Notes under the pieces: generated by a model
The model's database searches: none
What the model saw: the letters and a program-made list of their open reading frames with translations, nothing else
What the model was told of the DNA's origin: nothing
Translations under genes and position numbers: made by a program
In this document: one piece after another, positions 35,748-49,381 of the stretch
Position numbering within the stretch: the stretch's first letter is position 1
Layout of the letters: the number at the start of each line of letters is the position of its first letter
From: Centroscyllium fabricii
Taxonomy: Eukaryota
Assembly: GCA_051313645.2 (NCBI GenBank)
Contig: JBNRSN020000002.1
Location: 478,392,001 to 478,456,000 of the forward strand
Length of the DNA stretch: 64,000 bases
Direction of reading: 5' to 3'

Positions 35748-37189
35748 GGGCCAGAAATTCGGGTCAGAGGCTTCCCGCGGGTGCAAGCCTCCAACCTGCA
35801 CTTACCTAGCGCGCCGGCCGTCGAGCTGTGGGCCCGCATGGAATTCCGTCCTGAACTGCTGGCGCACCACGCTCTTGGATCCGAGCGGCAAAGATAGTGC
35901 GAGGGATCGCGCGGAATCACGTGGGCCGTGGAGAGCCAATCGGAGCACAGAATGCTCCATTCATAATTTTGACAGGAAGACCGGACAAATTATGAATACA
36001 GGTTGAGCACCGTTAATCCGTGTCCCGAATAGCCGGCAGCTTCAGTCTGCCGGCACAAACTGCCCCGACTGCACTGCGCATGCGCAAAATGGCAGCCTCC
36101 ATCGTGGCTTCAGCGAATGATCTGCGCATGCGCCGAGCGCATGCGCAGATCATTCAAAACAGCTGTGGGTGTTTTGAATGATCTGCGCATGCGTCACCGG
36201 ACGGTTAGCGCATGCGCAGATAATTCAATACGGCCGCCCGTTATTTTCTCGATCCGAAACAACAGAAATCTCTGGAGAAACTCAGCAGGCCAGGCAGCAT
36301 CTGAAGAAAGGTCATCGACCTGAAACGTTAACTCTGCTTCTCTCTCCACCGATGCTGCCTGGCCTGCTGAGTTTCTCCAGCGTTTTCTGTTATTACTTCA
36401 AAATTATCATAGTCACACAGCTGTTGCTTAGTGACTGAGGCGGACAGTCACTAAGCAACAGCTGTCAGCCTGAGTCCCGCTCGGCGGCAGCAGGAACCCC
36501 AAAGGCGATGGAGAGGGACGGCGGACCCGGGCCCGATCTGCGCATGCGCGCGCCAGCCAATCGCAATGCTGCGCGCATGCGCGCGGCCATTTTGCCTGGC
36601 GCGCATGCGCAGTGTCCAAACTCGTTCTCCCGGTTTTTTCCATTTCCCGGCACGGGCCTGGTCCCGCCCGTGCCCGATTAACGGTGCTCAACCTGTACTA
36701 CAAGCCCCAAAACCTCAGTAAATCTTCAAATAATTTTTTTTTTTTTTTTTTTTTTTAAATCACATTTTTTAAAATAACTATCAAATATATAAGTTAGCTA
36801 TTTTAAACAAAAATTAAAAATTGAAAAAATAATTAAATTTTAACAGGGCTAAAAATAAACTTACCTTTCTTTAAAGTATTTAAAAATAAAAAACCTGTGG
36901 AAATATTTAATTGAATTAATTCACCACTTACCTTCTTAAAAGCAGTCTTTGCACATGAAAATAGGATCCGTATCTTTTTCCATACTTACCCAGAGACAAA
37001 AACTGTAAAAAATAATAATTCGGAAGTCCATTGCGCACGCGCTGCTGCGCACGGGTTCCAACCCCGGATCCCCTTGTCAGGGGATCGGAAGTGGCGGTTT
37101 TGCGTGCAGGCAGGAAACCGGCACTTCAGATGGGCCTACGGGGAAGTACCCAGCGCGCACTCACCCGAGGCGACTGGAATTTCTGGGCC
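35748..37189. mobile_element. Sister GGGCCAGAAATT-TIR element inserted in CR1, hosting a MITE
   Basis: gggccagaaattc...gaatttctgggcc; CR1 sequence resumes on both sides. Confidence 0.62.
35999..36695. mobile_element. MITE containing a Penelope-derived hairpin insert
   Basis: TA-flanked TIRs; extra segment ~36254-36420 absent from sister 23707-24316. Confidence 0.82.
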
Positions 37190-37789
37190 AAAGGCGGAGA
37201 TAGATCGATTTCTGGGGAAATCAAGGGGCGTGGAGATCGGGCGGGAAAGTGGAGTTGAGGTCGGTGCTCAGCCGTGATCTTACTGAATGGCGGAGCAGGC
37301 TCGAGGGGTGGCGCAGTGCTTAGCACTGCTGCCTCGCAATAAGGAGTTCCTGGGTTCGAATCCTGCTTGGCCCGGGGCCTCTCCGCGTGGAGTTTGCATG
37401 TTCTCCCCGTGTTCGTGTGGGTTTCCTCCGGGTACTCCAGTTTCCTCCCACCACCCAAAGACATGCAGGTTAGGTGAATTGGAGATACTAAAAATTGCCC
37501 ATGAGTATGTGTGTGAGATATAGTTCTTAGAGTTGGGGGTGTCGGGGGATATGGGGAGAGGGTAGTAGGGGGGTGCTGGGTTTGGATGATCAGCCATGAT
37601 CTCATCAAAATGGCGGAGCAGGCTCGAAGGGCCTAATGGCCTACTCCTGCTCCTATCTTCTGTGTTTCTGTGGGTCATATGGACTACTCCTGCTCCTAAT
37701 TATTATGTTCTTATTTACACTCGCCATCTCTCACAGATATAGGCAGAGACAGAGAGTGACAGACCACAGGCAAACAAGGAGACAAACAC

Positions 37790-39956
37790 AGACAGACAAA
37801 AATATGAGACAGACAGACAAAAATATGAGACAGACAAAAATATGAGACAGACAAAAATATGAGACAGACAAAAATATGAGACAGACAAAAATATGAGACA
37901 GACAAAAATATGAGACAGACAAAAATAGACAGACAAAAATAGACAGACAAAAATAGACAGACAAAAATAGACAGACAAAAATATGAGACAGACAAAAATA
38001 TGAGACAGACAAAAATATGAGACAGACAAAAATATGAGACAGACAAAAATATGAGACAGACAAAAATATGAGACAGACAAAAATATGAGACACAAAAATA
38101 TGAGACACAGACAAAAATATGAGAGACAGACAAAAATATGAGACAGACAAAAATATGAGACAGACAAAAATATGAGACAGACAAAAATATGAGACAGACA
38201 AAAATATGAGACACAAAAATATGAGACAGACAAAAATATGAGACAGACAAAAATATGAGACAGACAAAAATATGAGACAGACAAAAATATGAGACAGACA
38301 AAAATATGAGACAGACAAAAATATGAGACAGACAAAAATATGAGACAGACAAAAATATGAGACAGACAAAAATATGAGACAGACAAAAATATGAGACAGA
38401 CAAAAATATGAGACAGACAAAAATATGAGACAGACAAAAATATGAGACAGACAGACAAAAATATGAGACAGACAGACAAAAATATGAGACAGACAGACAA
38501 AAATATGAGACAGACAGACAAAAATATGAGACAGACAGACAAAAATATGAGACAGACAGACAAAAATATGAGACAGACAGACAAAAATATGAGACAGACA
38601 GACAAAAATATGAGACAGACAGACAAAAATATGAGACAGACAGACAAAAATATGAGACAGACAGACAAAAATATGAGACAGACAGACAAAAATATGAGAC
38701 AGACAAAAATATGAGACAGACAAAAATATGAGACAGACAAAAATATGAGACAGACAAAAATATGAGACAGACAAAAATATGAGACAGACAAAAATATGAG
38801 ACAGACAGACAAAAATATGAGACAGACAGACAAAAATATGAGACAGACAGACAAAAATATGAGACAGACAGACAAAAATATGAGACAGACAGACAAAAAT
38901 ATGAGACAGACAAAAATATGAGACAGACAAAAATATGAGACAGACAAAAATATGAGACAGACAAAAATATGAGACAGACAAAAATATGAGACAGACAAAA
39001 ATATGAGACAGACAAAAATATGAGACAGACAAAAATATGAGACAGACAGACAAAAATATGAGACAGACAGACAAAAATATGAGACAGACAAAAATATGAG
39101 ACAGACAAAAATATGAGAGACAGACAAAAATATGAGACAGACAAAAATATGAGACAGACAGACAAAAATATGAGACAGACAGACAAAAATATGAGACAGA
39201 CAGACAAAAATATGAGACAGACAGACAAAAATATGAGACAGACAGACAAAAATATGAGACAGACAGACAAAAATATGAGACAGACAGACAAAAATATGAG
39301 ACAGACAGACAAAAATATGAGACAGACAGACAAAAATATGAGACAGACAGACAAAAATATGAGACAGACAGACAAAAATATGAGACAGACAGACAAAAAT
39401 ATGAGACAGACAGACAAAAATATGAGACAGACAGACAAAAATATGAGACAGACAGACAAAAATATGAGACAGACAGACAAAAATATGAGACAGACAGACA
39501 AAAATATGAGACAGACAGACAAAAATATGAGACAGACAGACAAAAATATGAGACAGACAGACAAAAATATGAGACAGACAGACAAAAATATGAGACAGAC
39601 AGACAAAAATATGAGACAGACAGACAAAAATATGAGACAGACAGACAAAAATATGAGACAGACAGACAAAAATATGAGACAGACAGACAAAAATATGAGA
39701 CAGACAGACAAAAATATGAGACAGACAGACAAAAATATGAGACAGACAGACAAAAATATGAGACAGACAGACAAAAATATGAGACAGACAGACAAAAATA
39801 TGAGACAGACAGACAAAAATATGAGAGACAGACAAAAATATGAGACAGACAGACAAAAATATGAGACAGACAGACAAAAATATGAGACAGACAGACAAAA
39901 ATATGAGACAGACAGACAAAAATATGAGACAGACAGACAAAAATATGAGACAAAAA
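37790..39956. repeat. 2.2-kb minisatellite of 17/21-bp units AGAC(AGAC)1-2AAAAATATG
   Basis: Directly visible; accounts for the spurious 740-777 aa ORFs. Confidence 0.97.
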
Positions 39957-40267
39957 TCGACAATTTTTTTTTTTTTTTTTTAATTCTTTGGAAGGAATAT
40001 AAATCTCTGGTTTTAACAGACAAAACTCTCGCTCTGACCTAATAAACTCAGTTGATTTCACCATCTATTTCCACCGTCAATGCACTGCATGGAGCCCACC
40101 TCCGACCCAGGCGGAGGTCAAAGGAAGTCCTTTATCTGATTATTTATCCAGGATTCCAGAAAGGACTCTGGAACTGTTCAGCTTGAAAGCTTGAAGTGTT
40201 AAAGCCACACTCCTGGCTAATCTCCCATCTCCTGGAATTTTCCCATAACCATTCGAGATTGCCCAGA

Positions 40268-40667
40268 CTTGTATTTATATAGCGCCTTTCACCGCCACAG
40301 GGTATCCCAAAGCGCTTTACAGCCAATGAAGCGCAGTCACTGTTGTAATGTAGGAAACGCAGCAGCCAATTTGCGCACAGCAATGTGATAATGACCAGAT
40401 AATCTGTTATTATGTTGATTGAGTGATAAATATTGGCCAGGACACAGGGCATAATTCCCCAGCTCTTCTTTGAAATAGTGCCACCAATACGTCCATCAGA
40501 GCGCAGACAGGACCTCGGTTCAACGTCTCATCCGAAAGACGGCACCTCCGACAGTGCAGCACTCCCTCAGCACTGCACTGGAGTGCCAGCCTAGATTTTT
40601 GTGCTGAAGTGGGACTTGAACCCACAACCTTCTGACTCAGAGGCGAGGGTGCTACACCCACTGAGCG
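40268..40667 (-). mobile_element. SacSINE1-like Deu-SINE (other copies ~11315-11745, 15423-15733, 20455-20800, 32230-32600, 50118-50455, 57800-58310)
   Basis: Deu-domain gcactgtcggaggtgccgtctttcggatgagacgtt; tRNA-like head; L2-like tail. Confidence 0.75.
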
Positions 40668-41059
40668 GACACTTCTTGACGTTACTAATGCCTTAGACTT
40701 GGCAAGCAGCCAACCTGGTCCCAAAGGCTATTTTGCCATTGTATCTCTCTGAGCAAGGGATTAAATGCGACATGACAGCCCTAACCCTACAGCTACAAAA
40801 GTTATTCTTGGAAAATAATGATGTACAGCTCAACTCCAATACAATTCTTTGTTTACCTCAGGCTATCAGGAACATCTGAGACTCCAAAGGATTCAAGAGC
40901 ATAGCATCCTCAGGGATGACTGACCCAGTTCAACCAGCACCTGCACTAGAACGAGTGGTAATCCTGCAGAACCATCAGAGGTTACGACAAATAAGGTGAC
41001 CAGATGGCAGGTATGTCCAACCTTCTGGAACCAGTGCTCAGATACACATCAAAACAAAT

Positions 41060-42078
41060 CAAAGAGCAAGTTATTATCTGAATGGAGAGAAACTGCAAAG
41101 TGTTTTGGTACAAAGGGATCTGGGGTCCTGGTGCATGAATCACAGAAGGTTAATATGCAGGTACAGTAGAGAGACTACGTTCTCCTATGTAAAGAAACAG
41201 CCAACACAGCGAGCTACAACAAACAGGTCTTTACTCCAACCCTTCACTGAACAAACTGAATTCAAAAGCCCGCGAACGTGCGATGATGTCACGGGCAGGT
41301 CACATGGATAGTTTTCCCTCTCTCTTAAAGGGAGGGGTAAACAGCAGTTAAAGGGGATTATACAGAATTATTTACATGCAAACAGTATTTCCCCAATGTG
41401 GAAATGCCACAACAGCAGGTGATCTGGAAGGCCAATGGAATCTTGGCTTTATTGCAAGGGGGATGGAGTATAAAAGCAGGGAAGTCTTGCTGCAGTTATA
41501 CAGGGTACTGGTGACGCCACACCTGGAATATTACGTACAGTTTTGGTTTCCATATTTAAGAAAATATACACTTGCTCTCGAGGCAGTTCAGAGAAGGTTC
41601 ACTCGGTTGATTCTGGAGATGAGGGGGTTGACTTATGAGGAAAGGTTGAGTAGGTTGGGCCTCTACTCATTGGAATTCAGAAGAATGAGAGGCGATCTTA
41701 TCGAAACATGTAAGATTGTGAGGGGGCTTGATCGGGTGGATGCGGTGAAGATGTTTCCACTGATGGGTGAGACTAGAACTAGGAGGCATAATCTGAGAAT
41801 AAGGGGCTGCCCTTTCAAAACTGAGATGAGGAGGAACTTCTTCACTCAGAGGGTGGTGAATCGATGGAATTTACCACCTTAGAGAGCTGTGGAAGCTGCG
41901 ACATTAAATAAATTTAAAACGGAGATACAGTTTCCTAGCTGACAAGGGAATAAGGGGTTACGGGGAGCGGGCAGGGAAGTGGACGTGAGTCTAAGTTCAG
42001 ATCAGCCATGATCCTATTGAATGGCGGAGCAGGCCCGAGGGGCCGTATGGCCTACTCCTGCTCCTACTTCTATGTTCT
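41060..42078 (+). mobile_element. CR1 3' fragment containing a solo LTR
   Basis: ORF 41376-41882 CR1 motifs. Confidence 0.82.
41167..41411 (-). mobile_element. Probable solo LTR (Gypsy-like), 245 bp
   Basis: ACAG duplication on both sides inside CR1; ends TA...CA (TG..CA with one change); AGTAAA signal on minus. Confidence 0.55.
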
Positions 42079-44299
42079 TAAACCAGTGAGTGGACCATAC
42101 ACGATTATGGACTCCATCCCTCAGAAAATAAGACTCCTGTACACACCAAAACCTCCAGATACAGAAAAAAGCAAGATTCCACATACATTAGAAAATAGCA
42201 AGGACCTCTCCTACAATCACCCAGCCCCTCTCTCGTACGCCTTGTAAGTTCTCAGGCCTGGGGAATTGGTAAAGGCTGCTTCCTGACTGATCAAAATCCA
42301 CTAAATAAGGAGCTGCCTCTTTCAATCTTACAGACCCTGGGAAGTTTAAGAGTGAAGTCCAAAGTTGCTGAACTCACCTTTATGCACAGAACTAGTAGGA
42401 GCTCCATCAAGCAAGTCCAAGGGGCTCTTGGGACACACCTGCCATATGGAACAGCTTTAATGGGGTAGGATACTGGCAACGTTACACGTCTGGTTAACAG
42501 AAAATGCTGGAAAAACTCAGCGGGCCAGGCAACATCCGTGGAGAGAAATATAGAGTTGACGTTTCGGGTTAGGACCCTTTGTCAAGACTAAAGCCAGGAA
42601 ATGAAACCGGTAGGAAGGCTGGGGGAGCTGGGAGGGAACAAAAGGGAAGAGAAAACAAGAGAGAAAAGAGCCAAAGAGAAAAGACATTAAGAGCGATTCA
42701 AAATGAGACGAGATGCTGATGAGGCTGTGGACAGGAGACAGCTAGAGATTAGGTGTGAAAAGCACCGGCAGAATGGGAGGCGGCTGGCATGAGGGAGGAA
42801 AAAAAGGCCAAATAAAAGGCTTCCGATTAGGCACTTTACAGCCCTCCGGCCTCCATATCGAGTTCAACAATTTCAGATCATAACTTCGGCCCCCATTATA
42901 TATTTTTATCCACCCATCTGCAGTATTTTGCTATCTTACACGTCTGGTTTCTGGTTTGAGCCATCTGGTAGGGGAGGCATACAGCATAAAAGGCAAGACA
43001 TGACTCCACAGGAAGGAAGAGGAGGAAATAGAGGAGAATCAACTTGGGTTCACTGCCAACAAGAATGGAAATGAGAAGAACAGACTGCCTGCCATCTTGG
43101 CCAAGGACCGATACAGCAACACTGTACGATCGATGCTAGAGTTGGCGCTGGACCCCCACTGGCAGTGGGTATGGTAGGGGTGAAATAAATCTGCCCTTGT
43201 ATATAACTGCACCGTGAGAATCTATTCCAGTACAAAGACTCCCCTCCACGATGGTGTTCTGTCTGCACACTGGGTTACAGTGTTGCATTAGAGTACATGA
43301 AGTTTTATAGTGCATTATCGTTATATGTCTGTGATTGTGATAGGTACTGGATTACTTTTGTCTGTGATTGCGATAGGTACTCGATTGCTTTTGTCTGTGA
43401 GATTCATTGGACACCATTAAAAAACGACAAGTTCAGTTTTACAGGCTGCCATTGATTTCACCCTGCAAACGTAACAGATGGGTCCATCTGAGGACAGAAT
43501 CTTTCTTCCCCCACCATCTCCACTCCACCCCACCCCCGCTCCCCGCACCCCACCCAACAACTTTGTTCTACCAGAGTGGCTCCCTATTGGCCCCGACTCA
43601 GGAAGTTCCTACCCCGATTGAGCCTCCCCATCTGCAAGGTGCAATTTTATTATTGCACAAAGACTCACCATTTCCCCATCAGCCCTCCCAGAACAAGTCT
43701 CTCCCTGGTGAACTCATTCTAGAAGGATGTTTCTGTCATCGTGGGTGCCAGAGACACGGGACTTGCAATACAGTCGATTAACTCTGATGAGTCCAAATTG
43801 AATTGGGCACTTACCAATGTGGCGAAACACAAGCCCCTTTGTGCTTTGCTACATAAGGAAATGTCCAATTCAAGTCTAACTGGGAGCGAATCAACTATAT
43901 TATTGACAATTCATTTGAGATAGTTTAAGAAAAGCAACTTATGATGATTCTGCATTCATCGCTAAAGAGAAACATTTCAGTAACAAATCAGCAAATAGGA
44001 GCATCAGGCCTCATGATTTGGAACATAGGCACATCTGAAACCATCGCAGTATTTCTTTTTAAGAACGTTGCATTCTATTATATGCTCAGGATGTCTCAAA
44101 GTTCTTCTAAAATACTGAATTACTTTTGAAGTACAGTCACTGTTGCTGGGTAGATGCTAATTTGCACACATCAAGGCCCCACAAACAGCAATGGCATTGG
44201 CTGAGGGAGGAATGTTGACCAGGACACTGGGAGAAGACTTAACCGTCTACGAATAATGCTGTGGGATCTTGTTCACCCACCGACCTGAGCAAGCAGACA

Positions 44300-45250
44300 T
44301 TGCAACAATGCAGCACACCCTCAGTACTGCCCCTCCGACAACGCCATACGCCCTCAGTACTGCCCCTTCGACAATGCAGCACGCCCTCAATATTGCCCCT
44401 TCGACAATGCAGCACGTCCTCACTACTGCCCCTTCGACAATGCAGCACGTCCTCACTACTGCCCCTTCGACAATGCAGCACGCCCTCAATACTGCCGCTT
44501 CGGCAATGCAGCACGCCCTCAATACTGCCCCTTCGACAATGCAGCACGCCCTCAATACTGCCCCTTCGACAATGCAGCACGTCCTCACTACTGCCCCTTC
44601 GACAATGCAGCACGCCCTCAATACTGCCCCTTCGACAATGCAGCACGCCCTCAGTACTGCCCCTCCGACAATGCAATACGCCCTCATTACTGCCACTTCG
44701 ACAATGCAGCACGCCCTCAGTACTGTCCCATCGACAATGCAACACGCCCTCAGTACTGTCCCTTCGACAATGCAACACGTCCTCAGTACTGCCCCTCAGA
44801 CAATGCAGCACGCCCTCAGTACTGTCCCTTCGACAATGCAACACGTCCTCAGTACTGCCCCTCCGACAATGCAATACACCCTCAGTACTGCCCCTTCGAC
44901 AATGCAGCACGCCCTCAATATTGCCCCTTCGACAATGCAGCACGCCCTCAATATTGCCCCTTCGACAATGCAGCACGTCCTCACTACTGCCCCTTCGACA
45001 ATGCAGCACGTCCTCACTACTGCCCCTTCGACAATGCAGCACGCCCTCAATACTGCCGCTTCGGCAATGCAGCACATACTCACTACTGCCACTTCGACAA
45101 TGCAGCACGCCCTCAATACTGCCCCTTCGACAATGCAGCACATCACTACTGCCCCTTCGACAATGCAGCACGTCCTCACTACTGCCACTTCGACAATGCA
45201 GCACGCCCTCACTACCACCACTTCGACAATGCAGCACACCCTCACTACTA
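44300..45250. repeat. 33-bp minisatellite derived from a Deu-SINE segment
   Basis: (cctcagtactgccccttcgacaatgcagcacgc)n resembles SINE ccgacagtgcagcactccctcagtactgc. Confidence 0.92.
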
Positions 45251-45642
45251 TGCTGAAATTGTGGGATGAGCAGAGGTTGTGAAAGGCACTATATAACTGC
45301 AAGTCTATCTTTCTCTTACCACCGAGCAATGTCATCCCAAATCTTAAAAGAACTTGCAGTTATATAGCACCTTTCACAATCTCAGGACGTCCCAAAGCGC
45401 TTTACAGCTAATAAATTACTTTTTGAAGTGCAGTCACTGTTGTAATGTAGGGAAGGCGGCAGTCAATCTGCGCACAGCAAGCTCCCACAAACGCTATGTG
45501 AGAATGACCAGATAATCTGATTTAGTGATGTTGGTTGAGAGATAAATATTGGCCAGGACACCGGGAAAAACTCCCCTGCTCTTTAATAAAATATTGAACA
45601 CTGCATTTCCGCATGCACAGACATCACACTTCATAACAAATA

Positions 45643-46163
45643 CAGGTCCGACACCGTTAATCCGGCACCGTCGGGACCAGGCCAGTGCCGGACTAGTGAA
45701 AAATCCGAACGACTGAAGCTTCGGCGAGCGCATGCGCAGACCATTCAAAATGGCCGCTGCGCACGCCAGTGGCCATTTTGAATGGTCTGCGCATGCGCTC
45801 GCCGAAGCTTCAATCGTTCGGACCAACTCAATAGGAGTCTTGCAAGTCCCTTTATTATTCTCTGCCCCCCCCGCCCCCCCACGTAGATTTGATTCCATCA
45901 TTCCTCTTTGCCATCAATTTCCTCAGAGTACATCGGTTCATATTTACATGCGCAGACCAGTCGGGGAGAGGCCCGGGCATGCACAGCCAAGCACGGTGGC
46001 CATTTTGCCCATGCGCAGACCAGTCGGAGAGCGGCCTGGGCATGCGCAGACAAGCGCGGCGGCCATTTTGCACATGCGCAGACCAGTCGGGGAGAGGCCC
46101 GGATTCATGCCAGACGACGGAAGTTTCCGGATTAACGGTGTCCGGATTACGGTGCCAGACCTG
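45643..46163. mobile_element. MITE with ~105 bp non-element insert
   Basis: TA-flanked TIRs; insert 45840-45945 absent from sister 63701-64000. Confidence 0.83.
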
Positions 46164-46668
46164 TACTAAAACAGCGTGAAATAGCGTGTGCTTCTCTGCT
46201 GGAGCTGCAGACAAGATTCACTGACCCCTCTATAACCGTAGGCTCTGAATTCAATTTGCTTAATTTCCTGACCAGACAATTAAACGGTGAATCACCTGAG
46301 GATCTATGTGCTTAACAATTAGACTTTGTATCCGCAAAAAGGAACAGAACTCTACATCACCAGACTAATCTACTCTGCATTAGAGGGGGCAGTATTCCTG
46401 CTCTTACAACACATGTAAAATCTGACTGTGAACTGCACCATCGGAGATCACAAATCGATCCGAATCCATGCAGCTCGCAAATCTCATAGGTACAATGTTC
46501 CCGTTAAGGTGTGTGCACGTGGTCGCGCAATAATTGGAAAGGTCCCGCACAGGCTGCACACCAACTTTTACATTGTAAATACTGCACGTGCGCAGAACAG
46601 TAAAGGAAACGTGCCTTACAACAGGCCACGCAGAATAAAGTGCAGCTTACAAGGAACATTGGTACATA

Positions 46669-47200
46669 CAGGAAACTCTCTGGTATCCGGCACCGAGGGG
46701 ACCGGCGTGTTGCCAGTTGATCAAAAATTCCAGATGGCGGAGAGGGTTATCTACCGAGGCTACAAAGAAAAATTTAAAAATCAAGGAATGTGCGGTATAC
46801 AGTAATTGGGTACTCACCTACAGATTGCTGTGTTAAATGGATGGTGGAAGATGCTTGATTGAGTCCAGTACTGCCAGTTGAGGGTAATGCAATGCAGTGA
46901 CTACCAGCAGCGTGGGAGACACACACTAACCCTGTAAAATGGCGGATCAGAAGAGACTCCCGGCAGCGCGGGAGAGCCAGACTCCTGTTACAGGGGGATT
47001 GAGGTGTTCCGACTCCCCACAGCGCCAAGGAGCCGAGTAGTGGCAGTTTGGAAAACTACCCCCACTGACTAACTCGGCCACCACAGGAGACTCGGACTCG
47101 ACAACATTGCCGGTTATTGAGGTGTTGTTTTCAGATGAGAATTTTGCCGGTTAATAGAGAATTCCGGATATTTAGGTGCCGGTTAAACCAGAGTTTCCTG
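46669..47200. mobile_element. MITE, CAGGAAACTCT subfamily (reverse orientation)
   Basis: TA|CAGGAAACTCT...GAGTTTCCTG|TA. Confidence 0.82.
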
Positions 47201-47327
47201 TACTTACATTCAGTACAGCTCACACAACCGCTAACCAAAAATACATCAGCTCTCTCTAGAAATGAACTGAATTTCTAAATCTATTTACAAACCAATTAAT
47301 TCACTCAAATAAGACTGTATACACATC

Positions 47328-48310
47328 GGGCCGGATTTTGCCATGAGCGACTCTTGCTCATAGACATTCAATGGGCTTTGTCACAGCAAGTTGCGGTTAG
47401 CCAAACATCGCAGCGCCAAACATCGCAGCGCCCTCTACAGGGCATCTGTGACCCGAGTGAACAGGACAAACAACCATGTATTGCCTTAACCAATCAGATT
47501 GAAGAACCGTTAATGAGCAGCGCAGAGTCTGAACCAGGAAGTGTAAATTAGAATCGGAATTCAATGTCAAATCAGATACAGAAGCAAAATAAAGAGGGAG
47601 AGAAATTTAAAAAAAATATAACAAAAATGTTACAGGTTGAGCACCATTAATCCGGCACGGTCGGGACCAGGTCAGTGCCGGATTACTCAAAAAGCCGAAC
47701 GAGTGAAGCTTTGGCGAGTGCATGCGCGGACCATTCAAAATGGCCACCTCGAAGGCCGGTGGCCATTTTGAATGGTCTGCGCATGCGCTCGCCGAAGCAT
47801 CAATCGTTCGGGGAGGCCCGGGCATGCGCAGCCAAGCGCGGCGGCCATTTTGCACATGCGCAGGCCAGCCGGCCGGATTTGTTCCAGACGACTGACGTTA
47901 GTGGATTACCAGTGTCCGGATTAACGGTGTTAAACCTGTACTTTATTTTTTTTTAGATGGCCCAAGCTGAAGGAATGAGACGCCACACTTGTAAAAGCTC
48001 ATTTTTATTACCAGAGAGGTCGTTGGCAGTAACTAAGACATACCATTCCATTAAGGGGTATTTAACTGGCTAACTATTTGCGGCGAGTTTAGTCCATGTC
48101 AATACGGGAACTTCACGCCGTTCAATGCATTTGAATGAGGAGCCGGACGGCAAGATGCCATTTTTCATGCAGCTTACAGGGGAACTGTGCATCTCGGACA
48201 GTAAATTTCAGATTTCGCATTTAGCTGCGTGCGCCCGCCGAAAGTTGCCGTCACATAAAATAGCAGTGAGCACCGTTAGCCTCACTTATTTACACAGCGA
48301 ACTCCGGCCC
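47328..48310. mobile_element. GGGCCGGA-terminated DNA element (Harbinger-like?)
   Basis: gggccggattttgc ... gcgaactccggccc imperfect TIRs. Confidence 0.5.
47633..47938. mobile_element. MITE nested in a GGGCC-terminated element
   Basis: TA-flanked TIRs. Confidence 0.83.
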
Positions 48311-48861
48311 TATAATTCAACGTAACTGCAGACACTAATTGTCTCGGTTTAAACTATAATCTCTCTCCTTCATGCATTACCATGTGCCGCAATGCAATAA
48401 TATTAATTGTTCTGTTTTATTACACCCTCTGCTGTTTTTAAACATTCTTTGTTTCATACTGGTACACCACAGCAACTTCAATAAAACAAACTGTTAGAAT
48501 AAATTGCTTCAAATGAGATTTAAGCATATGTCAAAATTAGTTTTGCACTTAATCCACGCTGGCTGTCCTCGATTAATCGATGCATTTCTAAATGCTCGTC
48601 AAATTGGATCTTGAAATTATGGTTCAAGAGTTTGTCCACAGCGGACGTTAGACAAACTAATCTGTAGTTAGCGGCTAACCGCTCACTCCCTTACTGAAGG
48701 CATTTGACATTGGCTGCTCGCCAGTCCGACACCCCAAGGATGATTGAAAAATTGGGACCAGAACCTCAGTCAACTCCCCTCCAACTTCCTTCAATAGCCT
48801 CAGGTGCAGTCAGCAAGACCATTTCCATTCCTATAGTTATCTCGAACACAAAAAGAAAATA

Positions 48862-49298
48862 CAGGTTGTGCACCGTTAATTCGGCACCTTCACTGGTCCA
48901 GCACGAATCCTGCTGGCCAGCCCGCGTGATCCCAAGAACGCTTGCGATGCGCTGGCCTCTCCCCGACTGATCCGCGCAGGCGCAGCGGCCATTTTGAAAG
49001 CCGCGCATGTGCAGACCATTCAAAATGGCCGCCGCGCATGCGCAGACCAGCCATTTTGAACGGCTGCGCATGCGTGGTGGCCCTTTTGAATCGGCTGCGG
49101 CTGCGCGGTGGCCATTTTGAATTGGCTGCGCCTGTGCGGCAGCCATTTTGAATCGGCTGCGCATGCGTGGCAGCCATTTTGAGTGATCTGTGCATGCGCG
49201 GTGGCCATTTTGAATGGGCTGCGCATGCGCTCCCTGAACCTTCAGTGGTTCGGCACCAGCCTGGTCCCGACTGTGCCGGATTAACGGTGCACAACCTG
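48862..49298. mobile_element. MITE with tandem ggccattttgaa..gcgcatgcg units
   Basis: TA-flanked TIRs; splits a Penelope-derived repeat end (gaaaaTA..TActgcggatgctgg). Confidence 0.83.
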
Positions 49299-49381
49299 TA
49301 CTGCGGATGCTGGAAATCTGAAATAGAAACAGAAAATGCTGGAGAAACTCGGTCAGGCAGCATCTGTGAAGAGAGAAACAG

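Noticed and set aside
37711-40064. 740-777 aa ORFs and the 309 aa MRQTDKN ORF
   Set aside because: Translation of a stop-free minisatellite
44239-45282. Mucin-like ORFs of ~330 aa
   Set aside because: 33-bp SINE-derived tandem repeat open in several frames on both strands
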